Positions 9,346 through 18,545 are shown, counted from the first letter of the stretch. The stretch is 64,000 nt of DNA from Acidobacteriota bacterium (GCA_965217775.1 CBDCJH010000002.1:5920001-5984000), one strand, 5' to 3'. Made by a program: numbers and translations. Notes: generated from the letters alone by a model not told the origin.

Positions 9346-9873
9346 GTGGAACACACTCTGGTTCTCAACGCCACCTACGAGCCTCTGCAGATCATCGGTT
9401 GGAAACGCGCCGTCCGCATGGTCTTCCAGGAGAAGGTCGAGGTGGTGGCCGAATACGACCGCGAGATCCGGAGTGTCTCGAACCGGATCCGCCTCCCCTC
9501 GATCCTGCGTCTTCTTCACTACGTCAAGCTCCGGCATGGGTGCCACCGGATCAAATTCAGCCGTGAAAACCTGTACGCTCGAGACAACTATCGTTGCCAG
9601 TATTGCGGCTTGAAGGCGCCTCTCAACCAGCTCACTTACGATCACGTGGTCCCCGTGGCCCAAGGGGGGATCAAAAGCTGGGAAAACATCGTCACCTGCT
9701 GTATCCAATGCAACCGGAAGAAGGGGAATCGCTCTCCGGCGCAGGCCAACCTGCGCCTGCTGAGAATCCCCAAGGCTCCCTCAGGTTTTCCCTACCGCGT
9801 CCGTCTCCTGTTCCGCCAGCCGGCCGTTCCCGAGAGTTGGAAGGATTACATCTTCTGGCCCGGGGGAACCTGA
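9346..9873 (+). CDS. HNH endonuclease (McrA-like small HNH family)
   Basis: LVLNATYEPL, SRENLYARDNYRCQYCG, TYDHVVP...GG..SWENIVTCC..CN.KKG. Confidence 0.93.
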   Translation: MEHTLVLNATYEPLQIIGWKRAVRMVFQEKVEVVAEYDREIRSVSNRIRLPSILRLLHYVKLRHGCHRIKFSRENLYARDNYRCQYCGLKAPLNQLTYDHVVPVAQGGIKSWENIVTCCIQCNRKKGNRSPAQANLRLLRIPKAPSGFPYRVRLLFRQPAVPESWKDYIFWPGGT

Positions 9874-10568
9874 TGGACGGATCTCTGGTGATCTTTTCCC
9901 GGTTTCCCCGACTGGGCCGGGTGAAGACCAGACTGGAGCCGGCGTTGGGGCAGCGGGGTTGCTTGGAACTCCACCGGGCGCTGCTTCTGGACACTGTCGA
10001 ACGGACGCGTTTCCTGTGCCGGCGGCACTACCTGTATCTGGGAGACTCGACCGCCCGGGAACGGGCCCGGTTCGCCGAAGCCTGGCGCCTGCCCGCGGAT
10101 CTGATCATCCGCGGACAGACGGGAGCGGACCTGGGAGAGAGATTGTGGGAGGCCTGCCGGCAGGTTGCCGCGGAATCGCAGGAGAAGCCCGTGGTCTTCC
10201 TGGGTGCCGACTCCCCTACGGTGCCGAGAAAATACATTCGCCAAGCCCTGGCACAACTTGCGAGACGGCCCGTAGTCCTGGGACCGGCCGAGGACGGGGG
10301 GTACTATCTCATCGGTCTTTCCCACCCTAGACCGGAACTCTTCTCGAATCTGGATTGGGGGACCGGTAAGGTTCTGGAAGAGACGCTTCAGAGATTGCGG
10401 CCGGAACAATATACGTTGCTGCCCACCTGGTTCGACGTTGACGACGGCGGCGATCTGGCTCGTCTCCACGCGGAGATCGAGGCCGAGCGACCCCACGTCT
10501 TCCGGAACACGCGCCGTTGCCTGCGCCGGCTGCTTCTCGATCCAGCTCTCCGTCCGGTTTTCGGGTGA
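9873..10568 (+). CDS. DUF2064 / TIGR04282-family glycosyltransferase-like protein
   Basis: IFSRFPRLGRVKTRL, QTGADLGERL, GADSP, VLGPAEDGGYYLIG, WFDVDD; ATG overlaps the HNH stop (TGATG). Confidence 0.88.
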   Translation: MDGSLVIFSRFPRLGRVKTRLEPALGQRGCLELHRALLLDTVERTRFLCRRHYLYLGDSTARERARFAEAWRLPADLIIRGQTGADLGERLWEACRQVAAESQEKPVVFLGADSPTVPRKYIRQALAQLARRPVVLGPAEDGGYYLIGLSHPRPELFSNLDWGTGKVLEETLQRLRPEQYTLLPTWFDVDDGGDLARLHAEIEAERPHVFRNTRRCLRRLLLDPALRPVFG

Positions 10569-10700
10569 CCCTTTCAGGGGAAATTCACGTCTCAAGAAGG
10601 TACGGTCGGATCGGGGTTCGGTTGACCCGATGCGGCCACCTTGACTAACATTGCAACAGGTGTGTGTCCGCGGAGAGCGTGAAGGGGTTTTGAACCGGCG

Positions 10701-11540
10701 GTGAAGGATTTCCTGGAACGGCTGTTGGGTCTGAAGGTCTCCGAGGCCCAAATGGAGGGGCCGCGAGACCCATATAACATCTATGAATGGGATCTCGACG
10801 ACCGGAGGCCGTTGGTGGTCGCCGCCATCCTGGCCATCCTCTTTCACGCCGTTTTACTGCTGATGGTCTTCCCCTCGTTCGGCAGGACGGTCCTGGTTCC
10901 GACGCAGCAGGTCCTGGTACTCAAAAACCTGGCGAAGCCGGCGGCTCTCGCCGGAGGCGGTGACCTGCCCAAGGCGACTCCGCCCAAACCCCAGCCGGTG
11001 CGGCCGAAACCCAAGCCGGTTCTGGTTCCCATCCCCGATCCAACTCCCAGAGACCCCGAACCCATTCGCAAGGAGGAACTGGAAGACATCCCCCAGGTCC
11101 TCAAGCAGATCGTCGCGGAATTGAACCTGGACGATATCCAGGCTCCGCCGGGTCGTCCGGGCCGGGGCGGTCAGGGTGAGAGCCGGGGCGAGGGCACGGG
11201 AACCGGACCGCTTGCCGGCTCGGGACCAGCGGCCGGAGACGGTAGCGGCATCTATCGATACGGGAGCGGAGTCACCAACCCCGTCCCCATCGTTCAAACG
11301 ACTCCCAGTTACACCGACGCCGCCATCAAAGCCAAGGTTCAGGGCGTGGTCTGGCTACAGGCCATCATCCGGAAGGACGGCAACGTCGACAGCTTCAAGG
11401 TCATTCGGGGATTGGGCCACGGATTGGAAGAACAGGCCATCCAGGAGATCGCCACCAACTGGCGCTTTCGACCCGGAATGCTCAACGGGAGTCCAGTGGA
11501 CGTCCTGGCGACCATCGAAGTCCAGTTCAACCTGAGATAG
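10701..11540 (+). CDS. TonB-family energy transducer
   Basis: N-terminal TM with His (AILFHA), Pro/Lys-rich and Gly-rich linker, C-terminal P.YT..A....VQGVV.L...WRFRP...G.PVDV domain. Confidence 0.9.
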   Translation: MKDFLERLLGLKVSEAQMEGPRDPYNIYEWDLDDRRPLVVAAILAILFHAVLLLMVFPSFGRTVLVPTQQVLVLKNLAKPAALAGGGDLPKATPPKPQPVRPKPKPVLVPIPDPTPRDPEPIRKEELEDIPQVLKQIVAELNLDDIQAPPGRPGRGGQGESRGEGTGTGPLAGSGPAAGDGSGIYRYGSGVTNPVPIVQTTPSYTDAAIKAKVQGVVWLQAIIRKDGNVDSFKVIRGLGHGLEEQAIQEIATNWRFRPGMLNGSPVDVLATIEVQFNLR

Positions 11541-11571
11541 GCCAACGAGACTGGGTTGAAAAGGGATTATC

Positions 11572-11960
11572 ATGCTCGACACGCTTATGGCAGCCGATCA
11601 ACTCACTGCCGCAGGCGTCGAATCCCGCGCAGGCTAAACAGCCCGTGGTAAAAAGTCATCACGGCATTCGACCGTCCCTGCATCCCGGCGGACCGCGTTG
11701 CGATTCGGTCACAGACTCACGGTATGCGCCCTCATCGCGCCTTGTCCGGCGGGCGCAGGAACGGTCTCGGTGCTCGCGGGACTTTCACCACGGACGGTAA
11801 AGCCATTGTGGCTTTGTTTCGCTCCAGTGAAGAGGCTGCCGTCACTCGGACCGAACTGGAAGTGGCGTTGGCCCAACTGGAAACCAGGCTCTACAGGGCA
11901 CTCCTCGTGCAGACTTTCACCATTGGCGGGTTGGTTGTCGCCTTGCTCAAGCTCCTGTGA
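11572..11960 (+). pseudogene. Small DUF1640/CCDC90-like coiled-coil membrane protein, disrupted by a frameshift and a MITE
   Basis: Removing one base near 11623 and the element 11639-11797 with one TAAA restores MLDTLMAADQLTAAGVE(S/P)AQAKAIVALFRSSEEAAVTRTELEVALAQLETRLYRALLVQTFTIGGLVVALLKLL. Confidence 0.7.
11639..11797 (+). mobile_element. MITE family B copy 1 (159 bp)
   Basis: TIRs CAGCCCGTGGTAAAAAGTC / GACTTTCACCACGGACGG, TAAA direct repeat at 11635-11638 and 11798-11801; near-identical to 16152-16309. Confidence 0.9.
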
Positions 11961-11984
11961 GGGGTCTTTTCCGCAATCCGGTTG

Positions 11985-12038
11985 GGGGGATCCATAAGGG
12001 TTGCCCCGACGAAGGGCAACCACAAGGGTTGCCCCGAC
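11985..12038 (-). repeat. Two tandem REP-like palindromes (GTCG variant of the GTAG-type REP)
   Basis: GGGGGATCCATAAGGGTTGCCCCGAC and GGGCAACCACAAGGGTTGCCCCGAC; same layout as 23791-23819 and 54284-54308. Confidence 0.7.
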
Positions 12039-12053
12039 GCCATCTTATCCCAG

Positions 12054-12059
12054 TATAAT
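12054..12059 (+). promoter_or_regulatory. Candidate sigma70 -10 box for ileS
   Basis: Perfect TATAAT in a GC-rich context, 10 bp before the likely GTG start. Confidence 0.5.
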
Positions 12060-12069
12060 TCCGGCTCTT

Positions 12070-14841
12070 GTGGGTGAAAAACTCGACCTGAAAGGAACCA
12101 TCAACCTTCCCAGAACCCGTTTCCGGATGAAGGCGAATCTGCCCGTTCTGGAGCCGCGGATTCTAAAAACTTGGGAGGAGTCGGGGATTTACGGGAAGAT
12201 CCGCGAGTCGCGGAAGGGCCGGCCCCTCTTCATCCTTCACGACGGCCCCCCCTACGCCAACGGCCATCTCCACGTGGGACACGCAATGAACAAGATCCTC
12301 AAGGATCTCATTGTCCGTTCCAAGACCATGGAGGGTTACGATTGTCCTTACGTGCCGGGGTGGGACTGCCATGGGCTGCCCATCGAGATCCAGGTCATGA
12401 ACCGAAAGCGGGCCGACCTGGACCCGTTGGAAGTGCGCCGGCGATGCCGCCGGCACGCCGGCAAGTTCGTGCGCATCCAGGGGGAAGAGTTCCGCCGCTT
12501 GGGTGTCACGGGAGATTGGACCGCGCCCTACCTGACCATGAGCCGTTCCTATGAAGCCGAGACGGCTCGGTTCCTGGGTGATTTCGTCCGTCGGGGAAAC
12601 GTTTACAAGGGTCTGAAGCCGGTTCATTGGTGCATTCACTGCGAGACGGCTCTGGCCGAGGCCGAAGTGGAGTATTCGGAACATGTCAGCCCCTCGGTCT
12701 ACGTCCGGTTTCCGGTGACGGGAGGACTTCACGGGGTGGATGTCGGGGCCCGGCCCGTCTCGGTTCTGATCTGGACCACGACCCCTTGGACCCTCCCCGC
12801 CAACCTGGGTCTCTGCTTTCATCCCGACTTCGAATACGCGTTGTTGGAAACCGGGGACGACGTTTTCATCCTGGCTGCCGATCTGGTTCCCCGCGTCTCC
12901 AAAGAGTGTGATTTGGGCGACTATCGGATCCTGGGACGGCTCCGGGGAGCCGCCCTCGGCGGTCTCGAGTGCCGTCACCCATGGATTCCGCGCCGGTCCG
13001 CGGTCGTCTTCGGAAATCACGTCACCCTGGATCAGGGCACCGGAGTGGTTCATACCGCGCCCGGACACGGAGAAGAGGACTACCGTCTGGGGGTCGACAA
13101 CGGTCTCGAGATCTATTGTCCGGTGGATGACTCGGGCCGGTTCCTGCCGGAAGTGGCTCACTTCGGGGGCATGCCCGTGTTCGAGGCCAACCCCTCCATC
13201 AACGGCTTTATGGCCCGGGAAGGCCATCTGGTCCGGGAAGGACCGTTCCGGCACAGCTATCCTCATTGCTGGCGCTGTCACAACCCGGTCATTTTTCGCG
13301 CCACGTCCCAGTGGTTCATCAGTATGGACCGGGAAGACCTGCGCGGCCGGGCGTTGCGCGAGATATCCAGGGTGCGGTGGCTTCCCTCTTGGGGCCGGGA
13401 GCGGATCCACAACATGATCTCCAGCCGGCCCGACTGGTGCATCAGCCGGCAGAGAACCTGGGGCGTTCCAATCGTCGCCTTCTACTGCAAGATCTGCCGG
13501 AAGATCCTCTTGGAGAGCGACATCATCGAACATGTGTCTCAGGTCTTCGAGCGGGAGGGAGCCGACGCCTGGTACCGGAGGCCTGCGCCGGAGCTTCTCC
13601 CGGAAGGCACCCGTTGCGACTGTGGAAGCGAAGAATTCGAGAAAGAAAAAGACATACTGGATGTCTGGTTCGACTCGGGGGTCAGTCATCACGTGCTGCG
13701 GAATACGCCGGGACTCGACTGGCCGGCGGATCTCTACCTGGAGGGTGGAGATCAGTTCCGGGGTTGGTTTCACAGTTCCTTGCTGGTCGGAGTCGGCGTC
13801 AGCGACGGTGCTCCCTACAGGTCGGTCCTGTGCCATGGTTGGACGCTGGATGCCGACGGGAAGGCCATGTCCAAATCCAGAGGCAACGTCATTTCTCCCC
13901 AGGAGATCATCAAGCGGGACGGCGCCGAGATCTTGCGTCTCTGGGTCTCGTCCATCGACTACACCGAAGACGTCCGCCTGGGGGAAGAGATCCTTTCCCG
14001 TCTCCGGGACGCCTACCGCAAGCTGAGAAATACGAGCCGCTTCCTCTTGGGCAACCTTCACGACTTCTCTCCGGAACTGGCGGTCCCGGACGGGGAGCTG
14101 CTGGAGTTGGATCGTTGGGCTCTGGCTCACACCGCCGCCACGGCACGGCGCGTGGAGGAGGCCTACCGGAATTTCGAGTTCCACACCGTCTACCATTCCC
14201 TCTACCACTTCTGTGTGGTGGGGCTTTCCAGCTTTTATCTCGACGTTCTGAAGGATCGCCTCTACGTCTCGGCGGCCGATTCCAGAGAACGAAGGTCGGC
14301 CCAGACGGCCCTGTTCCGGATCGCGGACGCATTGGTTCGGCTGCTGGCTCCGATGCTGCCCTTTACCACAACCCAGATCTGGGAAGAACTTCACGGTCAG
14401 AATCCTCCGGCCGAGTCGGTCCACATGGCCGAGTTCTCCCGGGAACTGGACCGGTATGCGAACCTCGAGCTTCTGGAGCAATGGGAGCCGCTCCTGCAAA
14501 TTCGCAACCAGGTCAGTAAATCACTTGAGGAATGCCGGCAGGAGAAGGTCATCGGGAACTCGTTGGAGGCGACGGTCAGGATCGAGGCCGGTGCGGAGAC
14601 TTACAAGACCCTCAGCCGGTATTCGAAGGATCTGGCCTCCGTCTTCATCGTCTCCGAAGTTGAACTCGGACTGAGAGAGGACATGGCGGCGGATGAGACC
14701 GAGATCAGGGTGACCAGAACCCGGGCGGAGAAATGCGCACGGTGCTGGAATCATAGACGCTCGGTGGGGACCCATGCCGATCTCCCGCAAGTCTGCTCCC
14801 GCTGCCATTTGGTGTTGAAACAGATCGGTGCCCTCAGTTGA
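12070..14841 (+). CDS. ileS: Isoleucyl-tRNA synthetase
   Basis: LHDGPPYANG.LHVGH, GWDCHGLPIE, WTTTPWTLPAN, AMSKS, C-terminal KCARCW...CSRC zinc site; followed by lspA. Confidence 0.98.
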   Translation: MGEKLDLKGTINLPRTRFRMKANLPVLEPRILKTWEESGIYGKIRESRKGRPLFILHDGPPYANGHLHVGHAMNKILKDLIVRSKTMEGYDCPYVPGWDCHGLPIEIQVMNRKRADLDPLEVRRRCRRHAGKFVRIQGEEFRRLGVTGDWTAPYLTMSRSYEAETARFLGDFVRRGNVYKGLKPVHWCIHCETALAEAEVEYSEHVSPSVYVRFPVTGGLHGVDVGARPVSVLIWTTTPWTLPANLGLCFHPDFEYALLETGDDVFILAADLVPRVSKECDLGDYRILGRLRGAALGGLECRHPWIPRRSAVVFGNHVTLDQGTGVVHTAPGHGEEDYRLGVDNGLEIYCPVDDSGRFLPEVAHFGGMPVFEANPSINGFMAREGHLVREGPFRHSYPHCWRCHNPVIFRATSQWFISMDREDLRGRALREISRVRWLPSWGRERIHNMISSRPDWCISRQRTWGVPIVAFYCKICRKILLESDIIEHVSQVFEREGADAWYRRPAPELLPEGTRCDCGSEEFEKEKDILDVWFDSGVSHHVLRNTPGLDWPADLYLEGGDQFRGWFHSSLLVGVGVSDGAPYRSVLCHGWTLDADGKAMSKSRGNVISPQEIIKRDGAEILRLWVSSIDYTEDVRLGEEILSRLRDAYRKLRNTSRFLLGNLHDFSPELAVPDGELLELDRWALAHTAATARRVEEAYRNFEFHTVYHSLYHFCVVGLSSFYLDVLKDRLYVSAADSRERRSAQTALFRIADALVRLLAPMLPFTTTQIWEELHGQNPPAESVHMAEFSRELDRYANLELLEQWEPLLQIRNQVSKSLEECRQEKVIGNSLEATVRIEAGAETYKTLSRYSKDLASVFIVSEVELGLREDMAADETEIRVTRTRAEKCARCWNHRRSVGTHADLPQVCSRCHLVLKQIGALS

Positions 14842-14899
14842 AGTCTGGGATGGTGGGAAACGATTTCTTTCGGAAGCGATTATTGCGCTGGAGAAGACG

Positions 14900-16330
14900 A
14901 TGAAACTCCTGGCGATCGGAGTGGCGGCAGTGGTGCTGGCGCTGGATCTCCTCACCAAGTGGTGGGTCAAGAACACCGCCTGGCTGCACTACTACAAGGT
15001 CATCGACGGATTCTTCACGATCCACTTCGTCCGCAACGAGGGCATTGCATTCGGCTTGTTCCATTCCAATCCATCGGCCTGGAAACCGGTGATCCTTTCT
15101 TTCCTGGCCGTCGCAGCGGCGATCATGGTGCTGTATTACATCTGGACCAGTCCTCCCGGGGAAAGAGGCGTCCAATTGTTTCTGGGGCTTCTGTTGGGAG
15201 GGATCCTGGGGAATTTCTGCGACCGGCTGTCACGTGGGTATGTCGTCGATTTTCTGGAGTTTCATTGGCAGGACCGTTTCGCTTGGCCGACCTTCAATCT
15301 GGCCGATGCCGCAATTACCTGCGGAGTCGCGGCGATTCTCTACCAGGGCTTTTTCGGAACGGGAAGCGGGGACCGGGCCGCGAACCGTCCCCGCCCGAGA
15401 AACTCCGGCACCTTGGGTGCGATTCTTCTGGCAGGTATGCTCTCGGCGCCCCTGCTGGGACAATCGTCCTCCCCCGGGGCGCTGGAAATCGTGGACCGCG
15501 TCCAGGAGCGGTACGAACAGGTCGAAAGCTTCGCCGCCGATTTTCGGCAGGTTTTCCAGTCGCAGGGGGTCTATTTCGAGAGCGACTGGGGAGAGGGGAT
15601 TCTGCTGATGAAGCGCCCTGGAAAGATGTACTGGGAATACCAGCGTCCCACCAGGAAGCTGTTCGTAGCCGACGGCAAACAGACCTTCTTCTACGTCCCC
15701 AGTGAGAATCAGGTGACGATCTCCGATCTGGACCCGGAGACCGCGGATACGCCGCTGCTTTTTCTGCTGGGACCGAAACGGATCCGGGATGATTTCCTGG
15801 TGCAATTCGAGACCGGGGAAGGGCCGTTGGACGAATCCAACCTCCTCCTTCGCTTGACGCCCATTCGGGCCCGGCCTGAATTCAGCTACCTGCTGTTGGA
15901 GTTGTCACCGAAGACTTATCTCATCCAAAGATTGTCCGTAGTCGAGCCTATCGGGAACCGGAACGACTACATCTTCAGCCGTTTCCGGGAGAACGTGAAG
16001 ATTCGAGACAAGCAGTTCCGCCTGGAGTTGCCGGACGGAGTGGAGATCATCCGAATCGGATCGAGCGCCGGTTTCAGGCCGGAGGAAGATCCCGGCCGGT
16101 CTCCCCATCGAAGTCGGCTCGTCACCGGGATGGAGAGGACAGGTACGTTAACAGCCCGTGGTGAAAGTCGTCACGGCATTCGACCGTCCCTGCATCCCGG
16201 CGGACGGCGTTGCTATCGGCTCACATACTCCCGGTATGCTCCCTCATCGCGCCTTGTCCGGCGGGCGCAGGAACGGTCTCGGTGCGCGCGAGACTTTCAC
16301 CACGGACTGTTAAGGAGAGTGCCGATTTGA
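14900..16330 (+). CDS. lspA: Lipoprotein signal peptidase II fused in frame to a LolA-like lipoprotein carrier domain
   Basis: N-part: DLLTK, NEGIAFG, GNFCDRL.RGYVVDF, WPTFNLADAAI. C-part: F.ADFRQ, G.LLMKRPGKMYWEY..P...LFVADGK..FFY.P..NQV, FRLELPDGVEII. No stop between the two parts. Confidence 0.88.
   Translation: MKLLAIGVAAVVLALDLLTKWWVKNTAWLHYYKVIDGFFTIHFVRNEGIAFGLFHSNPSAWKPVILSFLAVAAAIMVLYYIWTSPPGERGVQLFLGLLLGGILGNFCDRLSRGYVVDFLEFHWQDRFAWPTFNLADAAITCGVAAILYQGFFGTGSGDRAANRPRPRNSGTLGAILLAGMLSAPLLGQSSSPGALEIVDRVQERYEQVESFAADFRQVFQSQGVYFESDWGEGILLMKRPGKMYWEYQRPTRKLFVADGKQTFFYVPSENQVTISDLDPETADTPLLFLLGPKRIRDDFLVQFETGEGPLDESNLLLRLTPIRARPEFSYLLLELSPKTYLIQRLSVVEPIGNRNDYIFSRFRENVKIRDKQFRLELPDGVEIIRIGSSAGFRPEEDPGRSPHRSRLVTGMERTGTLTARGESRHGIRPSLHPGGRRCYRLTYSRYAPSSRLVRRAQERSRCARDFHHGLLRRVPI
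16152..16309 (+). mobile_element. MITE family B copy 2 (158 bp), inserted in frame in the lspA-lolA tail
   Basis: TIRs CAGCCCGTGGTGAAAGTC / GACTTTCACCACGGACTG; TTAA duplicated at 16148-16151 and 16310-16313. Confidence 0.92.
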
Positions 16331-17331
16331 GCGAGATTCGGGCGAACATAACGGCCGTGGGGATGTACGTTCCGGAGAAGCGCGTCACGAACCAGGACTT
16401 GAGCCGGGTTCTGGACACTTCCGACCAGTGGATTCGAGAGCGAACCGGGATCTCGGAACGCCGGATTGCCGGCAAGGACGAGGCCAACAGCGACCTCTCG
16501 GTTCGAGCCATCCAAAACGCTTTGGAAGGCACGCCGCATCGCCCTGAAGACATCGACCTCATCATTGTCACCACCGTCACTCCGGACATGATGTTTCCTT
16601 CGACCGCCTGCCGGATCCAGGAAAAGATCGGGGCCAGGAACGCGTGGGGATTCGATCTGTCCGGCGCCTGCTCCGGGTTCCTTTTCGGCCTCTCGACGGC
16701 TGCGCAGTTCATTCGGACGGGAACCCACAAGAAGGTCCTGGTGGTGGGAACCGACGTGATGAGCTCCATCATCGACTTCAAGGACCGGGCCACCTGCGTT
16801 CTCTTCGGAGACGGCGCCGGGGCCGTTCTCCTGGAGCCCACCGAGGAGGAGGAGACGGGCATCCTGGACACGACCCTGGGGTGCGACGGGTCAGGAGGGA
16901 AATTCCTGTTCATGCCCGCCGGAGGGAGTCACCGCCCCGCGAGCCACGAAACCGTGAACAAGCGAATGCACTATGTCCATCAGGACGGCAGGAACGTCTT
17001 CAAGTTCGCGGTCCGGGTCATGTGCCAAACTTCGGTCGGATTGCTCCGGCGAAACGGCATTCCCACCGATGAGCTGTCGCTTTTCGTCCCCCACCAGGCC
17101 AACCTGCGAATCATCAAGTCGTCCATGACGCGCCTGAAATTGAGAGAGGAGCAGGTTGCGGTCAACATCGACCGCTATGCCAACACCACGGCGGCGACCA
17201 TCCCCACCTGTCTGGCCGAAGCTCACCGGCAGGGACGATTGAAGAAGCGGGACAAGATCCTCATGGTCTCCTTCGGAGCGGGATTCACCTGGGGGGGGAT
17301 TCTTCTCGGCTGGGGAATGGATCCGCCTTAG
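16327..17331 (+). CDS. fabH: Beta-ketoacyl-ACP synthase III
   Basis: WIRERTGI, ACSGF (catalytic Cys), LFGDGAGA, PHQAN, ANT, FGAGFTWG; TTG start behind AAGGAG. Confidence 0.96.
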   Translation: MSEIRANITAVGMYVPEKRVTNQDLSRVLDTSDQWIRERTGISERRIAGKDEANSDLSVRAIQNALEGTPHRPEDIDLIIVTTVTPDMMFPSTACRIQEKIGARNAWGFDLSGACSGFLFGLSTAAQFIRTGTHKKVLVVGTDVMSSIIDFKDRATCVLFGDGAGAVLLEPTEEEETGILDTTLGCDGSGGKFLFMPAGGSHRPASHETVNKRMHYVHQDGRNVFKFAVRVMCQTSVGLLRRNGIPTDELSLFVPHQANLRIIKSSMTRLKLREEQVAVNIDRYANTTAATIPTCLAEAHRQGRLKKRDKILMVSFGAGFTWGGILLGWGMDPP

Positions 17332-17382
17332 GCCGCATTTCTTGGCGGGCGTATCTCCAGTGAGATACTCGGGCTGATGGCG

Positions 17383-17907
17383 TCAGATGAAGAGTTCCTC
17401 TTCAGGCGACTTGGTTCCGGTCTTTTTCCCTCGCCGCCCCAGTAGAAACGATAGTCCCGACCGGACCCCTTTGAAGAAGGAACCGATTTCCAGAATGGGT
17501 CTCAAGACGTCCTTCTGAATCACTTCGCTGGTCTGCTCGAACTTTTCGACGGTGTCGGTGACCAGGCCGTCCACTCTCTGGGCCTGATCGTGGCCCAGCC
17601 GAATCACTTCCTTCACCAGGCCATCCACCTCTTCGGTGGTTCTTCGGAAAGCGCCCATTACGAAGCGGACATTGTCGTTGAACTCGTTGCCGAGCTGCCG
17701 CACCGGCTCCAGACTCTCGGACACTTGGGTCAATTTGCTGCTGACGGACTCGACAGCCGCTTGAAGTTTCCGGGTCTCCTGCTGCAGTTCCTCGGCCATC
17801 TTTCGAACCGTCTGGGCCGCCCGCCACACGGCTAGGGCTTGAAGGGTCATGGAGAGGGCGGTAATGCCGATGAACAGGATGAGCAGGAGTTCAGCGCTCA
17901 AGTGCAT
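17383..17907 (-). CDS. Membrane-anchored coiled-coil hypothetical protein (DUF948-like)
   Basis: N-terminal TM, heptad-rich middle, acidic EEELFI end; co-oriented with the YtxH-like gene. Confidence 0.7.
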   Translation of the reverse strand: MHLSAELLLILFIGITALSMTLQALAVWRAAQTVRKMAEELQQETRKLQAAVESVSSKLTQVSESLEPVRQLGNEFNDNVRFVMGAFRRTTEEVDGLVKEVIRLGHDQAQRVDGLVTDTVEKFEQTSEVIQKDVLRPILEIGSFFKGVRSGLSFLLGRRGKKTGTKSPEEELFI

Positions 17908-17985
17908 TCCCCACGGTTAGGACCGGATCGAACGAGGGACGGTGCTCCGTCCTCGGAATCAAGACGCGTTGTCTTCGTCCGGACC

Positions 17986-18321
17986 TCAGTCGGCGGACTC
18001 TTCCTGCGTCTCCGTCTCGCCCCGATAGGTCCGGCGTGCGGCATCCAGGACGACTCCGAGTTGCTCCTTCTTCTTCCGGAGACTCTCCCTTTCCCGGTTC
18101 AGGGTCTGACTGGCCTTGCCGGCAAGCTCTCGCCCCCTCTCCTCCAATGTGTCCCTGCCTTCCCGGAGCCTTCGACCGGCCTTGTCGGCGCCCTCTCGAG
18201 CTTTGCCTTCCAACAGGCCCCGAGTCTCTTCACCTGACTGGGGGGCCAGCAACAGCGCCACGCACGCGCCCACAAAGCTGCCGATGAGAAAATAGACCAG
18301 CTTGTCTCCACTTGAGGCCAT
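17986..18321 (-). CDS. YtxH domain-containing protein
   Basis: FLIGSFVGACVALLLAPQSGEETR signature. Confidence 0.88.
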   Translation of the reverse strand: MASSGDKLVYFLIGSFVGACVALLLAPQSGEETRGLLEGKAREGADKAGRRLREGRDTLEERGRELAGKASQTLNRERESLRKKKEQLGVVLDAARRTYRGETETQEESAD

Positions 18322-18545
18322 AGCCGTTACTCCTTCCGGTCCCGGTCCGGATCCATCAGGTCAAGGTTATCATAGGCAGGATGAGGCGTGGCGAAGGAGG
18401 AGAAGGCGCGGGAACGGGATGTGCCCGGCAGAACGATATGGTGTCTGCTTCCTGCTACTCCGCTCGATGAGCTCCCTCTGCGGCCGGGTTTGTGGAGGCA
18501 GACGGGTCTCGGGTAGAATACCGGGCGTTACGGAAGGAAGCTGCG

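Noticed and set aside
11960-12070. T-box leader for ileS
   Set aside because: Too short, no T-box consensus, occupied by REP-like repeats
12163-14499. 778-aa minus-strand ORF
   Set aside because: Antisense to ileS; no recognisable domain
16210-16326. N-terminal extension of FabH in the ORF track
   Set aside because: Derived from MITE B; FabH homology and the RBS point to TTG 16327
17328-17380. TTAG-GCCGCATTTCT resembling a family A end after fabH, plus a short hairpin
   Set aside because: Match is only about 10 bp with no second end; could be chance
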